Part shown: in pieces, positions 16,848 to 25,554 of the stretch
Layout: each line of letters starts with the position of its first letter
Position numbering within the stretch: position 1 is the first letter of the stretch
NCBI GenBank assembly: GCA_032388755.1
Contig: CP135593.1
Coordinates: forward strand, 476,530 to 508,529
Length of the DNA: 32,000 nt
Source: Neisseria sp. DTU_2020_1000833_1_SI_GRL_NUU_006
Lineage (GTDB): Bacteria > Pseudomonadota > Gammaproteobacteria > Burkholderiales > Neisseriaceae
Direction: 5' to 3'
Notes under the pieces: model-generated
What the model saw: the letters and a program-made list of their open reading frames with translations, nothing else
What the model was told of the DNA's origin: nothing
Database searches by the model: none
Translations under genes and position numbers: made by a program

Positions 16848-17282
16848 ATGAATATGGAAATACGAACTACGAGTGACTCTCCAAAATGGAGTAAAGTTAG
16901 TATATTAGATAGCGAAATAGAGAATGGCTTACAGCCTATTCTGAAAAAATATACTGAATTTCCTTTTGATTTAGTGTTATGTTTCAGGTGTTTAGAAAAA
17001 GATAGCGGCTGGAAATCTAAATCTCGATATTCAAAAGAAGATAATTATAATGCCCTTGGATTTGACATTGTTGTTTATGAAGAAGATTTTATACCCATTA
17101 AAAAAGATATAGATGCACAAAGAAAGATACTAGGTAAGGAGTTTTATCGATATTTTTTTGAAACCATGAAGAAAAAAGAAAGACAATTTCCTATACTTAA
17201 AAAAATTAACCCTAATTTCTTATATGATGTTGAAAAATGGTTATTGGAAAATAAATGGATAGATGCTATTAGTGAATCATAG
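16848..17282 (+). CDS. Putative immunity protein for the cassette 2 toxin
   Basis: 144 aa, AT-rich. The AAGGAG RBS favours the ATG at 16854 over 16848. A paralogue (137 aa) follows the paralogous toxin at 17809. Confidence 0.65.
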   Translation: MNMEIRTTSDSPKWSKVSILDSEIENGLQPILKKYTEFPFDLVLCFRCLEKDSGWKSKSRYSKEDNYNALGFDIVVYEEDFIPIKKDIDAQRKILGKEFYRYFFETMKKKERQFPILKKINPNFLYDVEKWLLENKWIDAISES

Positions 17283-17464
17283 CAAGCCGTAGCCCGGACA
17301 AAACCTTCAGTCCTGACGTAGGGTGTGTGCGGTAAGCACGCACGCGGTTTCTGTTTTTCAGACGACCTCACTATCTTCTTTGAGGTCGTCTGAAACATTT
17401 GTTCTTTAACAATCTCATTAGCAGTTGACATAGAGGTCGTCTGAAAACCAACTTTCAGACGGCC
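17281..17464 (+). repeat. Composite inter-cassette repeat, copy D
   Basis: Near-identical to copy A. It begins at the immunity stop codon (TAGCAAGCCGTAGCCC...). Confidence 0.85.
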
Positions 17465-17477
17465 TTTGTTGCACCGT

Positions 17478-17794
17478 ACTTAGGACTTAAAGAACTTTAC
17501 TACTTAACAGCTGCTAACGATGGTTTCTATCCTGTAATGGAATGGGGTAAGCGTAAGCCTGTAGGTAAGGTTTGGTTGAAAAAAGGAGATATTTGGAAAA
17601 TTGGAGAAACACGGAATGTTAAGAATGGGATTCAAAGACGATATTCTCAAGCATGGCTGCGAAGAAATGATTTGATATATAAAAGAGTGATGAAGGGACC
17701 TAAAATTAAGATGAGAATATGGGAGCGTCTAAAAATTCTTAAATATATTAAACGAAGAGGAAAATTACCCCCTGGTAATAAATGTAAACATTAA
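17478..17794 (+). pseudogene. Orphan cassette 3: toxin-tail-only fragment (paralogue of the cassette 2 toxin)
   Basis: Homology to cassette 2 starts at the LGL codons (..PYLGLKELYYLTAANDGFYPVMEWGKRKPVGKVWLKKGDIWKIGET...LPPGNKCKH). There is no Rhs core upstream. The track ORF 17537-17794 begins at an internal Met. Confidence 0.7.
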
Positions 17795-17808
17795 TAAAAG
17801 GAAAGAAT

Positions 17809-18222
17809 ATGTTATTTGCAACATGTGATTATCCATCGTGGACAAAAGTAGATAAAATTTGTGATGAATTTTATGGAGTAGAACCAATTATTAAAAAGTA
17901 TCCTATACCATTTTCTATCGGGTTTTGTTTTAGATGCTTGGAGAAGGATAGTGGTTGGAAATCAAAGTCTAGATTTTCTAAAAAGGATAATGATTTGGGA
18001 TTTGATATTGTCGTATATGAGGAGGATTTTATTCCTATTAAGAAAGATATTAATGCTCAAAAAAAAATTATTGGAACTGAATTCAAAGATTACTTTTTTG
18101 ATATAATGAAAAAATATGAAAAAAAGTTCCCAGAATTAAAGGAAATTAATCCTAAGTTTCTTTTAGAAATAGAAAAATGGCTCATCGAAAATCAATGGAT
18201 TGAACCTATTGAACAAGCGTAG
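17809..18222 (+). CDS. Putative immunity protein (paralogue of 16848-17282)
   Basis: 137 aa. Shares CFRCLEKDSGWKSKSR.SK.DN..GFDIVVYEEDFIPIKKDI.AQ.KI.G.EF with the cassette 2 immunity protein. Contains an A9 tract at 18059-18067. Confidence 0.65.
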   Translation: MLFATCDYPSWTKVDKICDEFYGVEPIIKKYPIPFSIGFCFRCLEKDSGWKSKSRFSKKDNDLGFDIVVYEEDFIPIKKDINAQKKIIGTEFKDYFFDIMKKYEKKFPELKEINPKFLLEIEKWLIENQWIEPIEQA

Positions 18223-18247
18223 GTTAGTTTGAAGCCAACCAAAGTTT

Positions 18248-18280
18248 AAGGTCGTCTGAAAACAACTTTCAGACGACCTT
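18248..18280. terminator. DUS inverted-repeat hairpin
   Basis: AAGGTCGTCTGAAAACAACTTTCAGACGACCTT. Equivalent to the last module of the composite repeat. Confidence 0.55.
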
Positions 18281-18302
18281 TAATATGTGGTAGTTTAATT
18301 AC

Positions 18303-19066
18303 TATGCCTATGACGCATTTAGTAACCTGATTTACCACTAAATCAGCATATCAAGAGAGATGACCGACATCCACGGCAATCTGTTGTGGTACGGCGAATA
18401 CACCGCATGGGGTCGTCTGAAAAAAGATGAGCGCGTCTATCGGAATGCTCATCAGCCGTTCCGACTGCAAAACCAGTACTTCGATGAAGAGACCGGGCTG
18501 CACTATAATTTTTTCCGTTACTATGAACCTGATATGGGTCATTTCATCAATCAAGATCCAATTGGGTTGTTTGGTGGAGATAATCTATATTTATTTGGTA
18601 ATCAAGTATTGGATTTTATCGATCCACTTGGTTTAAAAATTTATGGCCATAGAAAAACGGAACATTTAGGAAAAAACCTGGACCGAAATCCAAGAAGAAA
18701 AGCGCGGGTAAAGGGGAATGTATCCAAAATAAAAAAGATGGTGATGCTCGCGAAGCCTTACATAAAAAAGACTTAGATGCCCAATATGGAGCTGACCGTA
18801 TATTGAGTCAAAAACACTTGAGGAATAAAAAGGGCGAAATTGTCAGCGACCCCTTAACAGGTGAATCTCGTAAGCTTGATTTTGTGATTAAGGGTGCTGG
18901 TAAAAATGGTGGGGGGCGTGCTCAAGAAGTTACTAGCAAGACTGCTTCAAAAAGTAGTCAACTTGCAAAAGAAGAAAGGATTAGGGATGTTGGTGGGGTC
19001 TATGTCAGAGATGGCAAAAGCTTGGTTCATGTTGACGGAATATCCGAAATTATTAGACTACCTTAG
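18303..19066 (+). pseudogene. Orphan rhs cassette 4: short core fragment plus a paralogue of the main toxin, frameshifted in an A-tract
   Basis: A degenerate junction (YAYDAFSNLIY.. fused to ..REMTDIHGNLLWYGEYTAWGRLKK) is followed by the core end FIDPLGLKIYGHRK. The A5 at 18653-18657 corresponds to A6 in the main gene (10027-10032), a -1 frameshift. The rest of the toxin continues in ORF 18803-19066 (roughly 75-80% identical to the main tail by eye). Confidence 0.85.
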
Positions 19067-19075
19067 GAGATTATC

Positions 19076-19399
19076 ATGGATATGACATTATTTAATTTTC
19101 AGACATTTTGGGAGGCAAACTCTGATGAAGACTATCGTGAAGATATTATCAGAATGTCTATTGCACTTATGACATTTCTTAAAAAGAATGGTTTACTTGT
19201 TGATATTGAACCCTTTAATGAGGATGGCTCTATCAAAGAAGATTTGATTATTCGAAAATCAAATGTAACTGATGAAGGATTCCAATTATTTGTTAAACCA
19301 GTAAATAATTGGTGGAATGCTTTGGATAGGGGAACTCCTCCCGAGAAAGTTACTATTTTGGAGAATGGGTTGAAAAAAATTCGTGCTGCGAAAAAGTAA
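19076..19399 (+). CDS. Putative immunity protein (paralogue of 10453-10785)
   Basis: 107 aa with an AGGAG RBS. The N-terminal two thirds diverge from the 10453 protein. The C-terminal EGFQLFVKPVNNWWNALDRGTPPEKVTILENGLKKIRA.KK is identical. Confidence 0.7.
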   Translation: MDMTLFNFQTFWEANSDEDYREDIIRMSIALMTFLKKNGLLVDIEPFNEDGSIKEDLIIRKSNVTDEGFQLFVKPVNNWWNALDRGTPPEKVTILENGLKKIRAAKK

Positions 19400-19408
19400 T
19401 TTTATATT

Positions 19409-19473
19409 TTCAGACGGTCTCAATATCTCTTTTGAGGCCGTCTGAAACATTCGTTCTTTAAAAATTTCTCATT
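19409..19473 (+). repeat. Partial composite repeat, copy F
   Basis: TTCAGACGGTCTCAATATCTCTTTTGAGGCCGTCTGAA (canonical GCCGTCTGAA dialect) + ACATTCGTTCTTTAAAAATTTCTCATT. It abuts cassette 5a directly. Confidence 0.75.
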
Positions 19474-19474
19474 C

Positions 19475-19729
19475 ACGCATTGGGCAACCTGATCTACCGC
19501 CAGCTGCCCAATGGCGAAAACCAATATTACCAATACGACCTCGAAAACCAGCTCGTCCGCGCCGAAATCAAAAAGCCCGCAGGCAATACCGAAATCTGGA
19601 CATACGCCTACGACCCGTTCGGACGACGCCTCTCCAAAGAACGCCAAGACAAACTCGCCTGGACGAGTACCGATCCGAAACGCACCCACTTTGTCTGGGA
19701 CGGAACGCGATTGCTTCAGGAGTACACCT
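19475..19729 (+). pseudogene. Orphan rhs fragment 5a (matches main ~9344-9600)
   Basis: ALGNLIYRQLPNGENQYYQYDLENQLVRAEIKKPAGNTEIW...LLQEYT, ending in a junction-created TAA. Confidence 0.8.
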
Positions 19730-20563
19730 AACGACCGCTCCGATTTCAGACGACCCCCAAACTCAAGGTCGTCTGAAATCACCTGCCAACCCCAACCTTA
19801 CCGGCGGCAACCGCCTCAAAGAATACAACGGTATCGAATACACCTACGACGCACTGGGCAACCTGATCTACCGCCAGCTGCCCAATGGTGAAAACCAATA
19901 TTACCAATACGATTTAGAAAACCAACTCGTCCGCGCCGAAATCAAAAAGCCCTCCGGCAACACCGAGATTTGGACATACGCCTACGACCCGTTCGGCAGA
20001 AGGCTTTCCAAAGAACGCCAAGACAAACTCGCCTGGACGAGTACCGACCCCAAACGCACCCACTTCGTCTGGGACGGAACGCGATTACTTCAGGAGTACA
20101 CCTATAAAGGCAGCTACACCTATATCTATACCGACCAAGACAGCTACGAACCGTTGGCGCAAATCTTTGACAACGCCAAAGACGGCAAACAATACCTCAG
20201 CTATTTCCATACTGACCAAATCGGCATACCGCGCGAGATGACCGACATCCACGGCAATCTCTTATGGTACGGCGAATACACCGCCTGGGGTCGTCTGAAA
20301 AAGGACGAACGGGTTTACAAGGATGCGCATCAGCCGTTCAGACTGCAAAACCAGTATTATGATGAAGAGACCGGACTGCATTACAACCTGATGCGGTATT
20401 ACGAGCCTGAGGCGGGGCGGTTTGTGAATCAGGACCCGATTGGACTGTTGGGTGGAGGGGACAATTTTTACAAGTTCGCTGTAAATGCTCAAGGTTGGAT
20501 TGATCCATTGGGCCTTTCTCGTAATAGGTTGGCTACAGTAGGAAAAACACCATCAAAAGTAAG
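19730..20563 (+). pseudogene. Orphan rhs cassette 5b: core 3' fragment whose toxin tail is truncated by an IS insertion
   Basis: Starts inside the internal DUS-pair module (matches main ~9229). Positions 19766-20299 are essentially identical to cassette 1 13053-13586. After the core end ..WIDPLGL only ~17 codons remain before the IS left end. Confidence 0.8.
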
Positions 20564-21448
20564 TTGTAGAAATCAGTAGCGTTGTTTACAGTATTTCCAG
20601 GAGAATACTGAAACATGAACATGCACAAAAACACCCGCCTCACCCCGCACCACCGACAAGCCATTTGGCCGGCCTACACGCAGGGGAAGGAAAGCGTCAC
20701 CTCCCCGGCACGCCGCTACCAAGTCAGCCGCGTCACCATTTACCGCGCCCTTAAAGCCGCAAGGGCCAAGCTGCTCAAACCGCAAACCAGTACCAACAAC
20801 CGTTTCAAACAGGCAAAGTACGGAATGAAACGCCTGGCCAAGGTAGAACGCAGCATTCAGGAAAAACTCAAAAAGCAGGCCAAACGCTACAATAAATCCT
20901 ACCCCGGAGAGCTGGTGCATCTCGACACCAAACGGCTGCCGCTGCTCAAAGGGCAGAAAGTCACCGATAAGCGGGATTACCTGTTTGTCGCCATCGACGA
21001 TTTCTCAAGGGAGCCATACGCCGCCATTTTGCCGGACAAAACCGCAGACAGCGCCGCCAAGTTTCTGACCGAACACCTGATTGATCCCTGCCCATACCTG
21101 ATTGAGTGCGTTTACTCCGACAACGGTACGGAATACAAAGGCTCGGCCAACCATGCTTTCGGTGTAGCCTGTTACGAGAACGGGATTGGTCAAAAGTTTA
21201 CCCGGGTTGCCCGTCCGCAGACCAACGGTAAGGCGGAGCGGGTTATCCGTACCCTGATGGAGATGTGGCATGAGAAACAGTCGTTTGAGAGTCCGGAACA
21301 TCGGCAAAAGGAGTTGTGCCGCTTTGTTAATTTTTATAACACTGTGAAGCCGCACCGCAGTCTGAACGGCGATACGCCGTTTGAGGTCTTGCAGGCTTAT
21401 TTTTCTCAACCTGTGGTGTAAACAACGCAACGATTTTCTACAATTAAG
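20558..21448 (+). mobile_element. IS481-family insertion sequence
   Basis: Imperfect terminal inverted repeats TTGTAGAAATCAGTAGCGTTGTTTACA (20564-20590) and TGTAAACAACGCAACGATTTTCTACAA (21417-21443) flank a single transposase gene. The exact ends are uncertain by a few bp. Confidence 0.8.
20615..21421 (+). CDS. IS481-family (rve/DDE) transposase
   Basis: 268 aa. N-terminal HTH (NTRLTPHHRQAI..), HLDTKRLP, FVAIDDFSREPYA, SDNGTEYKG and RPQTNGKAERVIRTLMEMW are typical of IS481/integrase-core transposases. Confidence 0.88.
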   Translation: MNMHKNTRLTPHHRQAIWPAYTQGKESVTSPARRYQVSRVTIYRALKAARAKLLKPQTSTNNRFKQAKYGMKRLAKVERSIQEKLKKQAKRYNKSYPGELVHLDTKRLPLLKGQKVTDKRDYLFVAIDDFSREPYAAILPDKTADSAAKFLTEHLIDPCPYLIECVYSDNGTEYKGSANHAFGVACYENGIGQKFTRVARPQTNGKAERVIRTLMEMWHEKQSFESPEHRQKELCRFVNFYNTVKPHRSLNGDTPFEVLQAYFSQPVV

Positions 21449-21549
21449 GGGGTATTTGGGTAAAATTAGGCGCAATTAGGGGCGAAAACAGCCGAAAACC
21501 TGTTTTTGGGTTTCGGCTGTCGGGGGAAGGGCCTTTTTGCAAAGGTCTC

Positions 21550-22125
21550 AATATGCAGCAAACCCTACCGCAAACGCTACGGCAGCACATGGACCGGGGG
21601 CAAAGTGCCCGACCGCGTCGGCATAGAAAACCGACCTGCTATCGTCGACCGGAAAACCCGCATCGGCGATTGGGAGGCCGACACCATCATCGGCAAAAAT
21701 CAGAAAAGCGCGTTATTGACCTTGGTCGAACGCGTTACCCGCTACACCATCATCTGCAAATTAAAGAACTTAAAAGCCGAAGACACTGCCCGGGCGGCCA
21801 TCAGGGTATTAAAGGCATATAAAGCCAGAGTCCACACCATCACCATGGATGACGGCAAAGAGTTCTGCCAACACACCAAAATAGCCAAAGCATTGAAGGC
21901 GGAAACCTATTTTTGCCGCCCTTACCATTCTTGGGAGAAAGGGCTGAATGAGAACACCAACGGACTCATCCGGCAATATTTCCCCAAACAGACCGATTTC
22001 CGAACATCAGCGGTCGGAAGATACGCAGGGTTCAAGATGAGTTGAACCACCGGCCGAGAAAAACACTTGGCTGCGAAACGCCAAGTGTTTTATTCTTAAA
22101 TCTGTTCCAACCACCGGTACCCTAG
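21550..22125 (+). pseudogene. IS30-family transposase remnant (5'-truncated, 3' frameshift)
   Basis: ..RIGDWEADTIIGKNQKSALLTLVERVTRYTII..ITMDDGKEF..RPYHSWEKGLNENTNGLIRQYFPK is the IS30 DDE core. The N-terminal ~40% is missing. The C-terminal IRRVQDELNHRPRKTLG.ETP is readable only in another frame. Confidence 0.8.
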
Positions 22126-22183
22126 TGTTGCACTTGAAATCCGAATCCAAGGTGGCGAACTGTTCGATAGCTTTTTCAGCTAC

Positions 22184-22611
22184 CTACAAATTCTCGTTTA
22201 ACTTGTCGCCGCCAAATTCAGGGTCTGCGCGTGAAGCCGCTTCCCATTCTGAGCTTGCTTTTTCAACGGCTTTGATTTGTTGCTGCGCCAAATGCGGGGC
22301 AATTTTGCCCAAGATGATGTCAGCCTTTTCTTGGGATAAACCGGCTTCTTTGGCTGCTTCGGCGTAAAGATTGATGGTCTCTTCGTCAAACTCCATACCT
22401 TCGGCGGCTTGAAGTCGTACTTTTCAGGAACTTCAGATTCGGAGTCTGCATTTTGTTCGTCCTGATTGCCTTCGTGGTCTTCAGGTGGTGGGGCATTGCC
22501 CTGATTGCCTATTGTATCAAGCAAGGTTTGTCCTGTTTGATTTTGCGGCTCAACTCCGGATTCTGCGCCCGATGTTTCGTTTTCTGCGCCTTGCTGGTCC
22601 TCAATACTCAT
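22184..22611 (-). pseudogene. Phage scaffolding-like gene, frameshifted and truncated
   Basis: The acidic N-terminus (..EKYDFKPP) continues only in another frame (..AAEGMEFDEETINLYAEAAKEAGLSQEKADIILGKIAPHL...). It ends abruptly next to the IS30 remnant. Confidence 0.5.
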
Positions 22612-22885
22612 TGTTGCCCTCTTCGGTTAGAATCAAATGAAAATTTGAGGTCGGTTGGACATTGCTTAACAGCTTCAAGCCCATATTCCGCCTGCCTTCG
22701 TTAAATGCGGCGATTGACTGGCTTTCGTGAAATGTTGAACGCCATACACCAGCATCTTCTAAAAGGTGGCGAACGATGCGCCGACCACGCTTTTCTGACA
22801 TAAGCCATTCAAAGTCTGCCTTTTTCTGCTCTTCCAGCAGGCTGTCTTTTCTTTTTTTGGCTTCAAGGTCGTCATGTTTTGTCAT
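22601..22885 (-). CDS. Small phage protein (Bbp19-like, tentative)
   Basis: 94 aa. FEWLMSEKRGRRIVRHLLEDAGVWRSTF....FNEGRRNMGLKLL. Lies between the portal and scaffold genes, as in BPP-1/T7-like podovirus head modules. Confidence 0.45.
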   Translation of the reverse strand: MTKHDDLEAKKRKDSLLEEQKKADFEWLMSEKRGRRIVRHLLEDAGVWRSTFHESQSIAAFNEGRRNMGLKLLSNVQPTSNFHLILTEEGNNEY

Positions 22886-22916
22886 TTTATACAGTCATCC
22901 TTTTATTATATGCAGA

Positions 22917-24545
22917 CTAATATTCGTCATCAGACAGGCTTTGAGCCTGTGCTAAAGATGGGGCAATTACTGCGCCTTGCTCCATTTGCTGAAGTTGTTG
23001 CGCTTGCGCCTGTTGCTCCATGCGCTGCTGGCGAATTGCTGCCACTTCTTCAGGGTTCATCAAGATGCGCGGGTCAATACCCAGTGAATCGGCGTATATC
23101 TCCGCCCACTTGTCGCCGTTGAAGTTGTCTAAAACTTCGGGCTTGACTTGGGCAACCGATGCCAAAGCCCCGACAAATCGGTCAATGCCATTCACGCCGA
23201 TGGCACGCTGCGCCTGCACCAAGATGGAAACAAGGACAACATTTATATCTTGGTCGGCTATCGCGTCAGGCAGCGGCGGTAAAATCCCTGCGCGAACCAT
23301 TGCATCAAATGTAATTTCAATGAGTGGGTCAATAAGCTCATTTTGCAGACGCTCAAGCACCGGCCCCAATATCAACATCTTTTCTTCATGACGCTCCGCC
23401 ACTTCGGTGGCGGTCATGTTTTGCGATTGCTGGGATACCATCAAAAACAGGTCGGCATAAAATGCGGACTGGACACGCTGGCGAACATCGGCAATATCTT
23501 CAAGCAGATGGTTTAAATCTATCCGTACAGCAAAAGCGGAGCGGATGGTGTCTCCCGTTCCGTTTGAGTCGTGATACAAGATGCCGCCCGGCAAAAAACC
23601 TGCCGACTGTGTTTTCATGTCGGTTGGTGCAATGATTGGCGGGTTGACTTGGTAGTCAATGCCTTTGAGTTTGCTGGTTTGATTGAATTGAAGCTGCTTG
23701 ATGTCGCCAAGCGCGGTCATCGCAGGGCTGTTGCCGTACACATTGTTGTCGGTGATGTCCCATCTTGGGCAAACAGCGGGGAAACGAAGGAACCCGGATT
23801 CTCGCAAAATCTTTCCTTCTTCTGCGCCTGTCTCGATATACACCGACTTGTACGGCATATTTTTCGAGTCTTTACGCGCTGAATCTCTGTCTCGGCGCGG
23901 CTCGATTGCATGGATGATTTTCACTTTCGCATCGTATTTGCCGTCTTCATAATTTTTCCGAGTCGCGTCGCTGACATTCTCAATGCCAAACTCTTCAACC
24001 GTTTCACCGACGGTTTTTTCAAATTCGCGGTAAATCGTATCGATTTCACCACGCCAGTTTGAGGCAACGGCATATTCTCCGATTGTCAGCGGGTAGCATC
24101 TGATTACATCTTCATAGTCGGGAAGAATGATGCAGGCAGCCGTACCAAATGCCGCCAACTCCTCGTACATCGAATGAAGCGAGCCATAGATATTGCTGCG
24201 CTGAAAAACAGACAACATCATGCTCTCGACTTTTGACAGCTACTCCTTTACTTCATGGTACTGGTTCATTTCGTCATCGTGCATGGCTAGCTTGAACCAC
24301 GGGCGAGAAGGGGAGGTTAGCCCGCCCATCAGACCGGCAGAAAGTATTTTCAATGCGCGGATCGGAGTATTGTCGTAAATCTTGTTATGCTTCTTGCGCC
24401 GGTTATTTGAATCACCGTCAATAAATCGACCATTTCGCGGCAGGATGTTTTCTGAAATTTCCCGCCAATGGCTAATCCATGATGTACGCTCGGTCTTTAA
24501 AGATTCCCATCGGCGGTGTATTTTTTTGCGTTGCTCTTCCATCAT
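22917..24545 (-). pseudogene. Podovirus-type portal (head-to-tail connector) gene interrupted by an in-frame amber codon
   Basis: ORFs 24240-24545 and 22917-24221 are in the same frame, separated by a TAG at 24242-24240 (..HEVKE*LSKVESMMLSVF..). The combined ~542 aa is collinear with T7 gp8-like connectors (e.g. ..MTATEVAERHEEKMLILGPVLERLQNELIDPLIEITFDAMVRAGILPPLP..). Confidence 0.75.
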
Positions 24546-24557
24546 GTCAAATACCCA

Positions 24558-24878
24558 TCAAATGCCCAGTAAAGTCTGCTTACCAAGCTTCAGGCTGTTT
24601 GGGTCAATACCTGATGCGCCTGTCAGCATAGTTGAACCTGCGCCGCCTGCTGCTTGCTGTTGTTGGCTTAAAACAGACTGCGCATCAGTTTTTTTCTGAT
24701 TGGCTTTGTTGGTTTCGATGTCCGCCTGAGCTTGCGCATTACGCGCATTTTCTTTTGCCTGATTGGCGGCGGACTTATTCGCCTTGTCTTGTTTGTTTGC
24801 TTGGTATAGTGATGCGCCGACGCCAGCCACGCTGGCTACGCTGGCTGCCACCAATGCGATTGGAACTGCTGCTGGCAT
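24558..24878 (-). CDS. Small phage protein with N-terminal hydrophobic segment
   Basis: The likely start is MPAAVPIALVAASVASVAGVGASLYQ.. (internal Met of track ORF 24558-25010), which abuts the GNAT stop. Function unknown. Confidence 0.5.
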   Translation of the reverse strand: MPAAVPIALVAASVASVAGVGASLYQANKQDKANKSAANQAKENARNAQAQADIETNKANQKKTDAQSVLSQQQQAAGGAGSTMLTGASGIDPNSLKLGKQTLLGI

Positions 24879-24879
24879 A

Positions 24880-25326
24880 TTACAAACCTTTCTGAAATAT
24901 AATTTCTTCTTGTTGGAAGTGAAGCCGCTCCAGCAACTTGGCAAAATTGCTGTTCGGCTTTGCGTGGTATAGGACTTTTTTTGCGCCTGCCGCTTTGGCG
25001 GCTGCTTCAAAATCGCGCATCAGCTTCAGCCCCGCTCGACCTTTGCGATGAGACGGGTGAATGAAAAGCAGGTCGTGTTGCGCTATCAGTTGCTCGTAAT
25101 GCGGATGGCGGGAAAGGAAACCTGATACATACCCGACAATCTCACCATCTGCTATGGCAGCAAAGGCAATAATTCCGCCTTGCTCTTCCAATATTTGATA
25201 GGTCTGAATATCCAATTCGGGCGGACGGTCTGAAAAATCAGATTCCGTCTCCTGCCAGTGCATTACCGACAGTCTGCGCGTCTCATCGAAATGCTCAGAT
25301 ATTTTCACCGGCACGATTTCAATCAT
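24880..25326 (-). CDS. GNAT-family N-acetyltransferase (phage-associated)
   Basis: 148 aa. ..GEIVGYVSGFL....LFIHPSHRKGRAGLKLMRDFEAAAKAAGAKKV.. is the acetyl-CoA binding motif A pattern (R/Q-x-x-G-x-G/A). Confidence 0.8.
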   Translation of the reverse strand: MIEIVPVKISEHFDETRRLSVMHWQETESDFSDRPPELDIQTYQILEEQGGIIAFAAIADGEIVGYVSGFLSRHPHYEQLIAQHDLLFIHPSHRKGRAGLKLMRDFEAAAKAAGAKKVLYHAKPNSNFAKLLERLHFQQEEIIFQKGL

Positions 25327-25554
25327 AAAAAAATCCCATTAACGAATAATGGGATTGTATTTCTTGGAACGGCGATTATATGCAGACCTAGTGTATTTGA
25401 TTGGCTGTTAAAATGTCAGAAAGCCGCCTGATGACTAGGCGGCTTGGGATGATGGAAATTACTTGTATGGAAGGATTATTGTTGTGGCAGGTTTTGGCAT
25501 GGTGTCCCATTTCTGTCCCTGTATATCATAACTATATGATTTATTTGATATTTA

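Noticed and set aside
10792-19473. The repeat-spacer-like periodicity of the composite repeats as a possible CRISPR array
   Set aside because: The repeats are ~180 bp and composite, and the intervening segments are 0.3-2.6 kb coding cassettes. There are no short uniform repeats and no cas genes.
22905-22917. The 13-bp direct repeat ATTATATGCAGAC at 22905-22917 and 25375-25387 as phage promoters or att sites
   Set aside because: A few exact 13-mers are expected by chance in 32 kb, and the flanks show no extended similarity.
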